From NCBI RefSeq assembly GCF_963556105.3, contig NZ_CAUVYG020000005.1:79707-143706 (forward strand): a stretch of 64,000 nt of DNA. Direction: 5' to 3'. The notes beneath the pieces were generated by a model. It made no database searches. It worked only from the letters and a program-made list of their open reading frames with translations, and was not told the origin of the DNA. Source of the DNA: an uncultured Tolumonas sp. (GTDB taxonomy: Bacteria > Pseudomonadota > Gammaproteobacteria > Enterobacterales > Aeromonadaceae). Below are positions 53,307 through 63,424 of this stretch, one piece after another. The position numbers and the translations under genes were made by a program. How positions within the stretch are numbered: position 1 is the first letter of the stretch; each line of letters starts with the position of its first letter.

Positions 53307-53822
53307 ATGCAAATTGGTCTGTTTTACGGCTCCAGCACCTGTTACACCGAAATTGTAGCGGAAAAAATCCAATCTATTCTGGGTGCTGATCTCATCACGA
53401 TCCATAACCTTGCCGATACGCCTGTCAGCAAAATGGCCGACTACAGCATTCTGTTTTTAGGCATTCCAACCTGGGATTTTGGTGAGATTCAAACCGATTG
53501 GGCCAATAACTGGGATGTCATCGATGAAGTCAATCTCAGCGGTAAAATCGTGGCGTTATTTGGCTTGGGCGATCAGGGAACCTATGGCGAGTGGTTTTTA
53601 GATGCAATGGGGTTATTGCACGACAAACTGCTGGCCAAAGGCTGTCAGATCGTTGGTTACTGGCCAAATGAAGGCTATGAATTTGACGCGTCGAAAGCCT
53701 TGGTTGCCGATGGCAGCTATTTTTGCGGGCTGGCTCTGGATGACATCACTCAATATGAACAAACTGACGAGCGCCTGCAAAAATGGCTGCCACAAGTGTT
53801 GGAAGAAATAGCTGATATTTAA
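53307..53822 (+). CDS. fldB: Flavodoxin 2
   Basis: [23 protein letters not shown]; divergent from xerD as in E. coli. Confidence 0.93.
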   Translation: MQIGLFYGSSTCYTEIVAEKIQSILGADLITIHNLADTPVSKMADYSILFLGIPTWDFGEIQTDWANNWDVIDEVNLSGKIVALFGLGDQGTYGEWFLDAMGLLHDKLLAKGCQIVGYWPNEGYEFDASKALVADGSYFCGLALDDITQYEQTDERLQKWLPQVLEEIADI

Positions 53823-54532
53823 GCTGACATGCGCAGATAAAATTCATCAGCCAACGCAACAAATTCGGAAGAGTAACGATTATCTGTTTCGCGCAGACAA
53901 AGTTGCTCTTCCACCGTTTCAGTTGCCTTACGACTCAACACTAGTAACACCAGATTAGGTATTTTGCCGCGTTTGGTTTCCACCAAACAACGTCGTTGCA
54001 AATGCCAGCCCAATTCATTTGCCAACGCAACTAACTGCTCACCTTGTTCCACGGGCAATACCAAAGCCAGTTTTCCCAATGGTGCCAGCAAACGTTCAGC
54101 ACTTTGCAGCAAGGCTGTTTGATCTAATTCACCCGTATGCCGTGCCCGCTGGCGCGCAGCATCCGGCAATGTCTGCCCATGCACAAAATAAGGTGGGTTG
54201 CTGATGATCAAATCGTAATATGGCGCCTGAAAAGTACGAATATCATGCCGGATAATACGAATACGCTCGCGCCATGGCGAACCATTAACATTCTCTTCCG
54301 CCTGTTTCACTGCATCGGCATCTAACTCTACCGCATCAATTTGCACCAACTGACTCGTCCGTTGCGCCAACATCAAGGCGAGAATGCCGGTTCCCGTTCC
54401 AATATCCAAAATACGTTTTACCCCAGCCACCGGAGTCCAACTGCCAAGCACAATACTGTCTGTTCCCACCTTCATGGCGCAGCGATCTTGCTCAATATGA
54501 AACTGTTTAAAAGTAAAGCTATGACCGCCCAT
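53819..54532 (-). CDS. yfiC: tRNA1(Val) (adenine37-N6)-methyltransferase
   Basis: [27 protein letters not shown]; divergent from srmB. Confidence 0.92.
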   Translation of the reverse strand: MGGHSFTFKQFHIEQDRCAMKVGTDSIVLGSWTPVAGVKRILDIGTGTGILALMLAQRTSQLVQIDAVELDADAVKQAEENVNGSPWRERIRIIRHDIRTFQAPYYDLIISNPPYFVHGQTLPDAARQRARHTGELDQTALLQSAERLLAPLGKLALVLPVEQGEQLVALANELGWHLQRRCLVETKRGKIPNLVLLVLSRKATETVEEQLCLRETDNRYSSEFVALADEFYLRMSA

Positions 54533-54599
54533 AGGAATCTTTCATCTTCTGAATTTTCAGTAACACTAAAATAGCTGCGAATTTTACGCCATACTTGCC

Positions 54600-54605
54600 T
54601 ATAAT
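54600..54605 (+). promoter_or_regulatory. srmB -10 element
   Basis: Perfect TATAAT followed by a GC-rich discriminator GTGCGCCC. The -35 is weak. Confidence 0.45.
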
Positions 54606-54638
54606 GTGCGCCCTCATTTGTAAGTCAGGAAGTCGTTT

Positions 54639-55958
54639 ATGTCTTTTGAATCCTTAGAATTGGATCCCATTCTGCTACAAGCCGTAGAAGAGTTGGGTTT
54701 CACACGCCCGACCACCATTCAAACACAGGTGATCCCAGTGGCGATGGAAGGACGGGACGTAATGGCTTCCGCACCGACCGGTACCGGTAAAACCGCCGCC
54801 TTCTTGCTGCCGATGATGCAGCATATGATCGACTTCCCGCGCCGTCGCCCCGGCCCTGCGCGTGCGTTGATCTTAACGCCGACCCGTGAACTGGCACTGC
54901 AAATTACCGAACAAGCCGAAGCTCTGGCCGCTTACACACACCTGAAAGTCGCCAGCATCATCGGTGGTGTTGCTGAAGAGAAACAACTGCCAGCATTAGA
55001 AAAAACGGTTGATATAATCATCGCGACCCCAGGTCGTCTGATGCAATATATTGAAGATGAACGCTTTGACAGCCGTGACATTGAAATTCTGGTGCTCGAC
55101 GAAGCCGACCGCATGTTAGACATGGGCTTTATCGGCGATGTTGATCGTATCGCCGCCGAAGCACGCTGGCGTAAACAGACCATGCTGTTCTCAGCAACGC
55201 TGGAAGGCGCTGGCCTGAGAAAATTTGCTGAAGATTTATTAAAAGATCCGGCAGAGTTATTTGCCGAGCCACCACGCAGTGAACGCAAAAAAATCCAGCA
55301 GTTGGTCTATTTTGCCGATACTGCTGAGCATAAATTCCAGTTGCTGAAACATTTGCTGCAACAGGAAGATGTCACACGCAGCATTATTTTTGTTAAAACT
55401 CGCGAACGTCTGGCAGAACTGGTGAGTCAACTGCAGGCCAGCGGCATTGATTGCGCATGGTTACGCGGTGAGATGGAACAAGAGAAGCGTATCGAAGCAC
55501 TCAATAAATTCCGTTCTGAACGGGTAAAAATTCTGGTCGCTACCGATGTTGCTTCGCGTGGTATCGATTTGCCGGACGTAAGCCATGTATTCAACTACGA
55601 CATGCCGCGTTCAGCCGATACCTATATTCACCGTATCGGCCGTACTGGTCGTGCCGGTAAAAAAGGTTGTGCTATCAACCTGGTTGAAGCGCATGACGTT
55701 GGCATGATGGAACGCGTTGAACGCTATACCGAAGAGAAAATGATGCGTCGTGTGGTTGATAGCCTGCGTCCGCAACATAAGATCAGCAAACCAGCCGGTA
55801 AACGCAAAGATAAAAAAGAAGACGACAAGAAAGACGAGAAAAAACCAAAAGAGAAGATCCGTCATCGCGTCAGCAAGAACAAAGGCAAACCAGACTGGGC
55901 AAAAAAACATGCTCAGAAAGCCGCTGCAGCAGAGAAAAAAGCGAACACAGAAAAGTAA
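54639..55958 (+). CDS. srmB: DEAD-box RNA helicase SrmB
   Basis: Q motif, PTGTGKT, PTRELA, DEAD, SAT, HRIGRTGRAG, Lys-rich tail. Confidence 0.94.
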   Translation: MSFESLELDPILLQAVEELGFTRPTTIQTQVIPVAMEGRDVMASAPTGTGKTAAFLLPMMQHMIDFPRRRPGPARALILTPTRELALQITEQAEALAAYTHLKVASIIGGVAEEKQLPALEKTVDIIIATPGRLMQYIEDERFDSRDIEILVLDEADRMLDMGFIGDVDRIAAEARWRKQTMLFSATLEGAGLRKFAEDLLKDPAELFAEPPRSERKKIQQLVYFADTAEHKFQLLKHLLQQEDVTRSIIFVKTRERLAELVSQLQASGIDCAWLRGEMEQEKRIEALNKFRSERVKILVATDVASRGIDLPDVSHVFNYDMPRSADTYIHRIGRTGRAGKKGCAINLVEAHDVGMMERVERYTEEKMMRRVVDSLRPQHKISKPAGKRKDKKEDDKKDEKKPKEKIRHRVSKNKGKPDWAKKHAQKAAAAEKKANTEK

Positions 55959-55970
55959 TCTGCCGCTCTA

Positions 55971-56000
55971 TTTTCTAAGCTCTTTTTTTCTAAGCTCTTT
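55971..56000. repeat. Exact 15-bp tandem duplication
   Basis: TTTTCTAAGCTCTTT x2. Confidence 0.85.
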
Positions 56001-56053
56001 TTTCCGCCTGCACCTGACAGCAGGCGGAAATATCAAATAATGCCCGCCTAAAC

Positions 56054-56836
56054 TTACTCCACCACACCTTCAGGACGACGAAACACCAGTTTGTTTTCCG
56101 TTGATAATTCAGGACAATAACCATAACCCGCAACCGTAAAATCCAGCAACTGCTCGGTTTTTGTGATGCGTTCATTGACCAAATAACGCGCCATTAATCC
56201 GCGGGCTTTTTTCGCATAAAAACTGATGATTTTGTATTTACCATTTTTCTCATCCTGAAAGACCGGTGTGATCACCCGCCCTGCCAGCTGTTTTACATTT
56301 ACCGACTTAAAATATTCATCTGATGCCAAATTGAGCAACACATCATCGCCTTGCTCTTGCAATGCTCGGTTCAGATGCTCAGTAATGATATTCCCCCAAA
56401 ACGCATACAGATCTTTGCCACGGGAATTGGCCAGTTTCGTGCCCATTTCCAGCCGGTAAGGTTGCAATAGATCCAGTGGACGCAACAAACCATACAAACC
56501 GGAAAGAATGCGAATATGCTGTTGCGCTATATCCAAATCCACGTCATTAAAATCTTGTGCCGCTAAACCAGAATAAACATCACCGTTAAAAGCGAGCAGT
56601 GCCGGGCGAGCATTCACTGGGGTCGCAAGCGGCTGCCACTGGGCATAACGCGCTACATTTAACCCCGCCAGTTTGTCACTTAAACTCATCAATGAAGCAA
56701 TATCTGCCGGTGTAAACTGCCGCAATTGCTCGATCAGCAGTGCTGATTCATGCATTAACTGAGGTTCAGAAAAACGCGAGGTAGTGAGCGGAGATTCATA
56801 ATCTAACGATTTGGCGGGAGAAAGCACAGCCAGCAT
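56054..56836 (-). CDS. yaaA: Peroxide stress protein YaaA (DUF328)
   Basis: [39 protein letters not shown]. Confidence 0.95.
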   Translation of the reverse strand: MLAVLSPAKSLDYESPLTTSRFSEPQLMHESALLIEQLRQFTPADIASLMSLSDKLAGLNVARYAQWQPLATPVNARPALLAFNGDVYSGLAAQDFNDVDLDIAQQHIRILSGLYGLLRPLDLLQPYRLEMGTKLANSRGKDLYAFWGNIITEHLNRALQEQGDDVLLNLASDEYFKSVNVKQLAGRVITPVFQDEKNGKYKIISFYAKKARGLMARYLVNERITKTEQLLDFTVAGYGYCPELSTENKLVFRRPEGVVE

Positions 56837-56848
56837 AAAAACCTCAAC

Positions 56849-56899
56849 AAAAAAGGATGAAGTAGTAACTTGTTATCAACATGTTACCACGTTCATCCT
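56849..56899 (-). terminator. Long-stem hairpin with U-tract between pilU and yaaA
   Basis: About 21-bp stem, AGGATGAA...TTCATCCT, followed by TTTTT on the minus strand. Confidence 0.6.
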
Positions 56900-56919
56900 C
56901 TTCTTGTGGCAGTGAAGCC

Positions 56920-58026
56920 TTATGAGACCGTTATATTATCCATCATACCGGAATCAAATTTACCGCCGCCTGCCAGCTTAATCATTACACGCATTTCATT
57001 ACTGGAGTCGGCAAATGCCAGTGCTTCGTCAAATCCAATTACACCTTGTTTATACAACTCAAACAATGACTGGTCAAACGTCGTCATACCCAGCTCGCGG
57101 GAACGCGAAATAGTCTCCTTCAACCGGTGCACTTCGCCTTTACGCAAGATATCCGCAATCAGCGGAGAGTTGAGCATAATTTCAAATGCAGCTCGCCGAC
57201 CAGAACCATCCAGCGTCGGGATCAGTTGCTGCGCCACAATCGCTTTCATGTTAAATGCCAGATCATACATGAGCATTCTGTGTTTTGATGGTGGAACTAA
57301 ATGTAAGATACGCTCTATGGCCTGATTAGCGTTATTGGCATGCAATGTAGCCATACAAAGATGCCCGGTTTCAGCAAACGATAACGCAAATTCCATCGTT
57401 TCTTCTGACCGAATTTCACCGATCAGAATAACGTCAGGAGCCTGACGCAAAGCACTTTTCAAACCATCGTCAAAAGAGAGTGTATCTGAACCAACTTCAC
57501 GTTGCGTGATCAAACAACGATCGTGCAGGTGTACAAATTCCACCGGATCTTCAATAGTCAGAATGTGATCGTTAGCATGACGGTTACGATAACCAATCAT
57601 CGCTGCCTGTGTCGTTGATTTACCAGCACCGGTTGCCCCGACGAATAAAATCAAACCACGTTTTGCCATCGCCAACTCTTTAATCGACAACGGTAAAAAC
57701 AGTTCTTCACAGGTCGGGATCACGGTTTCAATACGACGAATGGAACAGCCGGGAAAATCCTGTTGCCAGAAAGCACTGATACGAAACCGCCCAATCCCCG
57801 GGCAAGTAATCGCAAAGTTGGCTTCACGACTTTCAATATAAACCTGATAACGATCTTCAGTCATTGTTTGACGCACCATATGCAGCACGTCATGCTCGTC
57901 GAGCTCGGTATCCCCCAGCCGACGCAACTTACCGTTTACTTTAATCGACGGCTGAATACCTACAGAGATAAATAAGTCTGAGCCTTTTTCATCCGCTAAA
58001 GTACGTAACAAATTAGCCAATTCCAT
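56920..58026 (-). CDS. pilU: Type IV pilus retraction ATPase PilU
   Basis: GATGAGKST, TIEDP, ALRQAPDVILIGEIR, TLHANNA. Confidence 0.93.
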   Translation of the reverse strand: MELANLLRTLADEKGSDLFISVGIQPSIKVNGKLRRLGDTELDEHDVLHMVRQTMTEDRYQVYIESREANFAITCPGIGRFRISAFWQQDFPGCSIRRIETVIPTCEELFLPLSIKELAMAKRGLILFVGATGAGKSTTQAAMIGYRNRHANDHILTIEDPVEFVHLHDRCLITQREVGSDTLSFDDGLKSALRQAPDVILIGEIRSEETMEFALSFAETGHLCMATLHANNANQAIERILHLVPPSKHRMLMYDLAFNMKAIVAQQLIPTLDGSGRRAAFEIMLNSPLIADILRKGEVHRLKETISRSRELGMTTFDQSLFELYKQGVIGFDEALAFADSSNEMRVMIKLAGGGKFDSGMMDNITVS

Positions 58027-58036
58027 AGCTTTAGCC

Positions 58037-59074
58037 TCACACTATTGAGTTGGGATCAACGGCTTTGGCTTTTGCGTCTTGAACAGAAATTAAACCGCGG
58101 GCAACCAGCTGTTTTAAACAATAGTCCATGGTTTGCATTCCATGCACCATCCCTGTCTGAATGACTGAATACATTTGTGCGACTTTATCTTCACGGATCA
58201 AGTTACGAATAGCGGGAATACCAATCATGATTTCATGAGCGGCAATTCGACCACCGCCATTTTTCTTCAACAAGGTCTGAGAAATAACCGCACGCATCGA
58301 TTCCGACAACATCGAACGAACCATGTCTTTTTCAGCACCAGGGAATACGTCGATAATACGGTCGATTGTTTTGGCCGCAGAGGTGGTATGCAGAGTCCCA
58401 AACACTAAGTGCCCGGTTTCTGCCGCCGTTAACGCCAAACGAATGGTTTCCAAGTCACGCATTTCACCCACCAGAATAATGTCCGGATCTTCACGCAAGG
58501 CAGAACGTAAAGCGGCATTAAAACTCTTGGTATCACGATAAACTTCACGCTGGTTCACCAGACATGACTTACTCTGGTGCACAAATTCGATAGGGTCTTC
58601 AATGGTAATGATGTGATGGTTATGGGTTTCGTTAATATAATCGACCATCGCCGCCAGAGTGGTTGATTTACCCGAACCGGTTGGCCCGGTAACCAACACC
58701 AACCCTCTTGGGTTTTCCGCAATGGTTTGGAAGATCGGCGGTGCGCCCAAATCAACCAATGTCAAAACTTTACTTGGAATGGTACGAAACACCGCCGCCA
58801 CACCACGGCTTTGATTAAATGCATTCACACGGAAACGAGCCAGATTCGGGATCTCAAACGAGAAGTCGACCTCCAGATCTTCTTCAAACACCTTGCGCTG
58901 ATGGTCGTTCATGATGTCGTACACCAGACTGTGCACCTGACGATGCTCTAATGGCGGTAAATTAATACGACGAATATCGCCATCAACACGAATGATCGGC
59001 GGTTGCCCTGCAGAAAGATGCAGATCCGATGCGTTATGCTTTACACTAAAGGCCAATAATTCTGTTATATCCAT
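58037..59074 (-). CDS. pilT: Type IV pilus retraction ATPase PilT
   Basis: MDITELLAFSVKHNASDLHL, GPTGSGKST, ALREDPD, AIRNLIRE. Confidence 0.98.
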   Translation of the reverse strand: MDITELLAFSVKHNASDLHLSAGQPPIIRVDGDIRRINLPPLEHRQVHSLVYDIMNDHQRKVFEEDLEVDFSFEIPNLARFRVNAFNQSRGVAAVFRTIPSKVLTLVDLGAPPIFQTIAENPRGLVLVTGPTGSGKSTTLAAMVDYINETHNHHIITIEDPIEFVHQSKSCLVNQREVYRDTKSFNAALRSALREDPDIILVGEMRDLETIRLALTAAETGHLVFGTLHTTSAAKTIDRIIDVFPGAEKDMVRSMLSESMRAVISQTLLKKNGGGRIAAHEIMIGIPAIRNLIREDKVAQMYSVIQTGMVHGMQTMDYCLKQLVARGLISVQDAKAKAVDPNSIV

Positions 59075-59106
59075 TATTTATCCCACTCCCAATAAAAACT
59101 GAACTA

Positions 59107-59808
59107 ATGAATGACATAGCATCGCGTTTGCTCGCCATAAAAGATCAGATCGCTTCACTCACCCGTCAGGCCGGCCGCGCACCGGATGACGTACAGTTGC
59201 TGGCTGTTAGTAAAACCAAACCGATAGAGGCGATTTATGCCGCCTATCAAGCCGGTCAACGGCAATTTGGTGAATCTTATGTTCAGGAAGCGATCCCAAA
59301 AATCCAACTATTACAAACTAACCCTGATTATGCTGATATCGAATGGCATTTCATCGGTCCGTTGCAATCGAATAAAACCAAACCTGTCGCCGAACATTTT
59401 GACTGGGTTCATAGCGTTGACCGCGAAAAAATAGCCCAACGACTGAATGAACAACGACCAGCACATCTCCCAGCACTGAATATCTGCCTTCAGGTTAATA
59501 TTAGCGGAGAACAGACCAAATCGGGTATTAATGCTGATGAAGTTTTTGGGCTGGCTGGCATAATTAGCCAATTCCCACGCTTAAAACTACGTGGGTTAAT
59601 GACAATTGCTGAAAATACCGATGACATAAACGTTGTTCGTGATAACTTTCTGCATATGCAACAACTATTTAACCAATTAAAATCCCAATATCCATCTGTA
59701 GATACATTATCCATGGGCATGACAGACGACATGCCAGTAGCCATCAGTTGCGGCAGCACTATGGTGCGGATTGGTACAGCGATCTTCGGAAGCAGAGAAT
59801 ATAAGTAG
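59107..59808 (+). CDS. yggS: PLP homeostasis protein
   Basis: AVSKTK, FGESYVQE, WHFIGPLQSNK, LSMGM, VRIGTAIFG. Confidence 0.96.
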   Translation: MNDIASRLLAIKDQIASLTRQAGRAPDDVQLLAVSKTKPIEAIYAAYQAGQRQFGESYVQEAIPKIQLLQTNPDYADIEWHFIGPLQSNKTKPVAEHFDWVHSVDREKIAQRLNEQRPAHLPALNICLQVNISGEQTKSGINADEVFGLAGIISQFPRLKLRGLMTIAENTDDINVVRDNFLHMQQLFNQLKSQYPSVDTLSMGMTDDMPVAISCGSTMVRIGTAIFGSREYK

Positions 59809-59813
59809 GAATC

Positions 59814-60638
59814 ATGGAACAAAGAAATATTGCGTTTATTGGTGCCGGTAATATGGCCCGCAGCCTGATCAGCGGATTAATCAATGCCGGTTTCCCTGGC
59901 AATAAAATCCATGCCACAGATATTGATGCCTTGAAAGCACAAGAGCTGGGTAAAGAATTTGGTATCACTGGCAGCAATGACAATGTGGCTGCGGTAAAAA
60001 ATGCCGATGTGATCGTGTTGGCCGTTAAACCACAATTTATGGCGGAAATGCTGGCGCAACTAGCTCCAGCTATTGGTGATTTTGGCAATAAGCTATTCAT
60101 CTCTATTGCAGCCGGTGTCAGCGTTGCCCGCTTACAAGGTTTGCTGAACGGACACCAGAATATTGTCCGTTGCATGCCAAATACGCCGTCTTTGATTGGT
60201 ATTGGCATGACCGGTCTGTTTGCACCCGCAGTAGTCAATGCAACTGATCGTCAATTTGCACAAGAGATGCTGCAAGCCGTGGGTAAAACGCTTTGGGTTG
60301 CAGAAGAAGCGGATATCAACGTTGTTACCGCAGCGTCTGGCAGCGGCCCTGCGTATTTCTTCCTGTTCATGCAATATATGGTGGAAGAAGCACAACGGAT
60401 GGGCTTTAGCACTGAAGCTGCACGTCAGTTAGTGCAAGAAACTGCCTTGGGTGCAGCTCAGATGGTGATTGCGAACCCAGAAACCGAGCTGGCTACTTTG
60501 CGTGCGCAGGTGACCTCGAAAGGCGGCACCACAGCGGCAGCCATTAATGCTTTTGAGGAAGGTAAACTGGCTGATCTGGTGAGTGTTGCCATGCAAGCAG
60601 CCCAACGCCGCGCTGAAGAAATGGAAACTCTTTTCTAA
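59814..60638 (+). CDS. proC: Pyrroline-5-carboxylate reductase
   Basis: FIGAGNMA, LAVKPQ, RCMPNTP, SGSGPAY, VTSKGGTT. Confidence 0.97.
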   Translation: MEQRNIAFIGAGNMARSLISGLINAGFPGNKIHATDIDALKAQELGKEFGITGSNDNVAAVKNADVIVLAVKPQFMAEMLAQLAPAIGDFGNKLFISIAAGVSVARLQGLLNGHQNIVRCMPNTPSLIGIGMTGLFAPAVVNATDRQFAQEMLQAVGKTLWVAEEADINVVTAASGSGPAYFFLFMQYMVEEAQRMGFSTEAARQLVQETALGAAQMVIANPETELATLRAQVTSKGGTTAAAINAFEEGKLADLVSVAMQAAQRRAEEMETLF

Positions 60639-60646
60639 GGATTCTC

Positions 60647-61198
60647 ATGAATACACTGTTTTTTCTGCTAGACACGGCATTTAGCCTCTATTTGATGGTG
60701 GTATTACTGCGGTTTTGGCTGCAATGGGCCAAAGCGGATTTCTATAATCCATTAAGTCAGGTCGCGGTAAAGTTAACGCACCCGATATTAAGCCCGCTAC
60801 GTCGTATCATCCCGGGTTTCCGTGGCATTGATTTCGCCTCTTTGCTACTGGCCTATGCTGTTGCCGTATTAAAATTTGTTGTCTTTATGTGGATGGGCGT
60901 ACTGAAAATCAATGTCACCGGATTGCTGTTACTAAGCTTTCTGGTGGTGTTAAAACAAGCCGGTTCCCTGCTGTTCTGGATTTTGATTGCCCGCGCCATT
61001 TTAAGTTGGATCAGCCAAGGCCGTAGTTCCGTCGAGTATGTGTTATACCAACTGACCGAACCACTGCTCAGCCCAATCCGTCGTTTCCTGCCATCACTCG
61101 GTGGTTTAGATCTATCGGTATTGGTGCTGTTCTTTATTCTGCAAGGGATCAACTTCCTGATGCTGGATTTAGTCGGCCCACTGTGGAACCAGCTGTAA
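60647..61198 (+). CDS. yggT: YggT family membrane protein
   Basis: Two YGGT repeats ([31 protein letters not shown]). Confidence 0.92.
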   Translation: MNTLFFLLDTAFSLYLMVVLLRFWLQWAKADFYNPLSQVAVKLTHPILSPLRRIIPGFRGIDFASLLLAYAVAVLKFVVFMWMGVLKINVTGLLLLSFLVVLKQAGSLLFWILIARAILSWISQGRSSVEYVLYQLTEPLLSPIRRFLPSLGGLDLSVLVLFFILQGINFLMLDLVGPLWNQL

Positions 61199-61488
61199 TG
61201 GCTGGTTTTCGAAAAGATGGTGATGAAATTTGGCTGGATGTTTACATCCAGCCAAAAGCCAGCCGCGATCAAATTCAAGGCTGGCATGGTGAAGAGCTGA
61301 AAATTGCGATCACCGCTCCACCCGTTGATGGTCAGGCAAATGCGCATTTGATCAAGTTTTTGTCGAAACAATTCAAAGTGGCCAAAAGCCAGATCGTGAT
61401 CCACAAAGGTGAGCTCGGGCGGCACAAAACCGTTCGCATTATTTCGCCACAACAACTCCCCGCGATTTTAGAACAGCCGACTGACTGA
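61198..61488 (+). CDS. yggU: DUF167 / YggU family protein
   Basis: [30 protein letters not shown] overlap with yggT. Confidence 0.92.
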   Translation: MAGFRKDGDEIWLDVYIQPKASRDQIQGWHGEELKIAITAPPVDGQANAHLIKFLSKQFKVAKSQIVIHKGELGRHKTVRIISPQQLPAILEQPTD

Positions 61489-61581
61489 TTCTTTCTTCCT
61501 GCTTCGAATACCGTTAATCGTAAGTGGTACAGAACTACATCCAACGTTATTATGTCGCCGATTTGATTACGGAGTCTGAAT

Positions 61582-62172
61582 ATGGAAAAGGTAGTTCTTG
61601 CCACCGGCAATAAAAAGAAAGTTGAAGAACTTAATGCATTACTGGCCGACCTGAATTACGCAGTCGTTCCGCAAAGTGAATTTCATGTCGAAAGCGTTCC
61701 AGAAACCGGCACCACTTTCGTTGAAAATGCCATTATCAAAGCGCGTCATGCCGCCCGCGTTACTGGCCTGCCCGCGATTGCTGATGATTCAGGTATTGAA
61801 GTTGATGCCCTGCTGGGTCGTCCTGGTGTCTATTCGGCCCGTTATGCCGGTGAAGATGCCTCCGATCAGGACAATCTGGAAAAACTGCTGGAAGAGATGA
61901 ACGGCGTGCCACCGGTATTACGTACTGCTCGTTACTGGTGTGTGCTGGTATATATGCGTCATGCCGATGATCCGACCCCGATTATTTGCCAAGCCAGCTG
62001 GGAAGGCTCTCTCGCCACCGAGCCAAGCGGTGAAAATGGTTTTGGGTATGATCCAATTTTTAATGTGCCAGATCTCGACTGCACTGCCGCCGAACTGGAA
62101 CCAGCAACCAAAAACCGCTTAAGCCATCGTGGTAAAGCGCTGGCGCAACTCGCGAAAGCCCTGCAAGAGTAA
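61582..62172 (+). CDS. rdgB: Non-canonical purine NTP pyrophosphatase (XTP/dITP)
   Basis: [32 protein letters not shown]. Confidence 0.96.
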   Translation: MEKVVLATGNKKKVEELNALLADLNYAVVPQSEFHVESVPETGTTFVENAIIKARHAARVTGLPAIADDSGIEVDALLGRPGVYSARYAGEDASDQDNLEKLLEEMNGVPPVLRTARYWCVLVYMRHADDPTPIICQASWEGSLATEPSGENGFGYDPIFNVPDLDCTAAELEPATKNRLSHRGKALAQLAKALQE

Positions 62173-62175
62173 TTT

Positions 62176-63321
62176 ATGCTGCAACTACCGCCACTGAGCC
62201 TGTATATCCATATTCCTTGGTGCGTACAGAAATGTCCGTATTGTGATTTCAATTCGCACGCCTTAAAACAGAATGTGCCGGAAACTGACTATGTGGCGGC
62301 GTTGTTGGCCGATCTTGATGCTGATTTGGGCTATGTGCAAAACCGCCAGCTGCAGAGTATTTTTATCGGCGGTGGCACACCGAGTCTGTTTTCTGCAAAT
62401 GCCATTAAAGATTTGCTGCAAGGTGTGGCGGCACGCATTCCGTTTGCCAGTGATATTGAAATCACCTTGGAAGCCAACCCCGGCACCGTGGAAGCAGGTC
62501 GCTTTGCCGGTTATCAGCAAGCCGGTGTCACCCGCATCAGTATCGGCGTACAAAGTTTTCAGCCAGAAAAATTGCAGAAATTGGGCCGCATCCACGATCC
62601 ACTGCAAGCCGTTGCAGCTGGGTTACAGGCAAAACAGGCGGGATTACGCAGTTTTAATATCGACCTAATGCACGGTTTGCCAGAGCAAAGCATCAGTGAT
62701 GCGCTTTACGATCTCAAACAAGCGATTGAGATCGCCCCACCGCATTTGTCTTGGTATCAACTGACCATTGAACCCAACACGGCGTTTGGTTCCCGCCCAC
62801 CGGTATTGCCCGAAGATGAAACCTTGTGGGATATCCAAGAACAAGGCCACCAGCTATTACTGGACGCAGGCTATCAGCAATATGAGATCTCGGCTTACGC
62901 CAAGCCCGGTTTCGAATGTCGGCACAATCTGAATTACTGGCAGTTTGGTGACTATCTCGGCATTGGTTGCGGTGCGCATGGCAAGATCACCTTACCGCAG
63001 GAAAACCGGATCATTCGAACAGCGAAAGTAAAACACCCGAAAGGCTATCTCGACCCGGAGCGCGCATTTTTAGATCAAAGCTGGGATGTGGAAAACGACG
63101 ATCGTCCGTTTGAATATTTCATGAACCGGATGCGCCTGTTTCAACCCGTTCCCAAAGCTGAATTTACACTCAGAACGGGTTTAAAAGCCGAATCGGTTGA
63201 GCCGATGTTTGCTAAAGCCTACGACCAAGGCTTACTGCAACAAACCACGACTAAGTGGCAAGTCACCGAGTTAGGTCATCGCTATCTGAACAGCTTACTG
63301 ACGATGTTGATGGAAGAGTAA
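62176..63321 (+). CDS. hemW: Radical SAM heme chaperone HemW
   Basis: YIHIPWCVQKCPYCDFNS, GGGTPS, EANP, HNLNYW; follows rdgB. Confidence 0.95.
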   Translation: MLQLPPLSLYIHIPWCVQKCPYCDFNSHALKQNVPETDYVAALLADLDADLGYVQNRQLQSIFIGGGTPSLFSANAIKDLLQGVAARIPFASDIEITLEANPGTVEAGRFAGYQQAGVTRISIGVQSFQPEKLQKLGRIHDPLQAVAAGLQAKQAGLRSFNIDLMHGLPEQSISDALYDLKQAIEIAPPHLSWYQLTIEPNTAFGSRPPVLPEDETLWDIQEQGHQLLLDAGYQQYEISAYAKPGFECRHNLNYWQFGDYLGIGCGAHGKITLPQENRIIRTAKVKHPKGYLDPERAFLDQSWDVENDDRPFEYFMNRMRLFQPVPKAEFTLRTGLKAESVEPMFAKAYDQGLLQQTTTKWQVTELGHRYLNSLLTMLMEE

Positions 63322-63363
63322 CTCCTACTCACTTGAAATTGCAGCGGTGTTGACCGCAGAAAC

Positions 63364-63401
63364 AAAACCGGCCTGTATCATCCGATAACAGGCCGTTTTT
63401 T
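63364..63401. terminator. Bidirectional terminator hemW/trmB
   Basis: AAAACCGGCCTGT ... ACAGGCCGTTTTTT. Confidence 0.7.
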
Positions 63402-63424
63402 ATTCATACTGTTAGTTTGTGCGA

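Noticed and set aside
52335-53405. Tyrosine recombinase as a possible phage or island integrase, and its 356-aa track version
   Set aside because: Sequence and the fldB/recJ context identify chromosomal XerD. The 59-codon extension overlaps the divergent fldB, and no dif or att site was seen.
55780-55958. Lys/Asp/Glu-rich repetitive tail of SrmB
   Set aside because: Basic low-complexity tails are normal for DEAD-box helicases and this is not a DNA repeat array.
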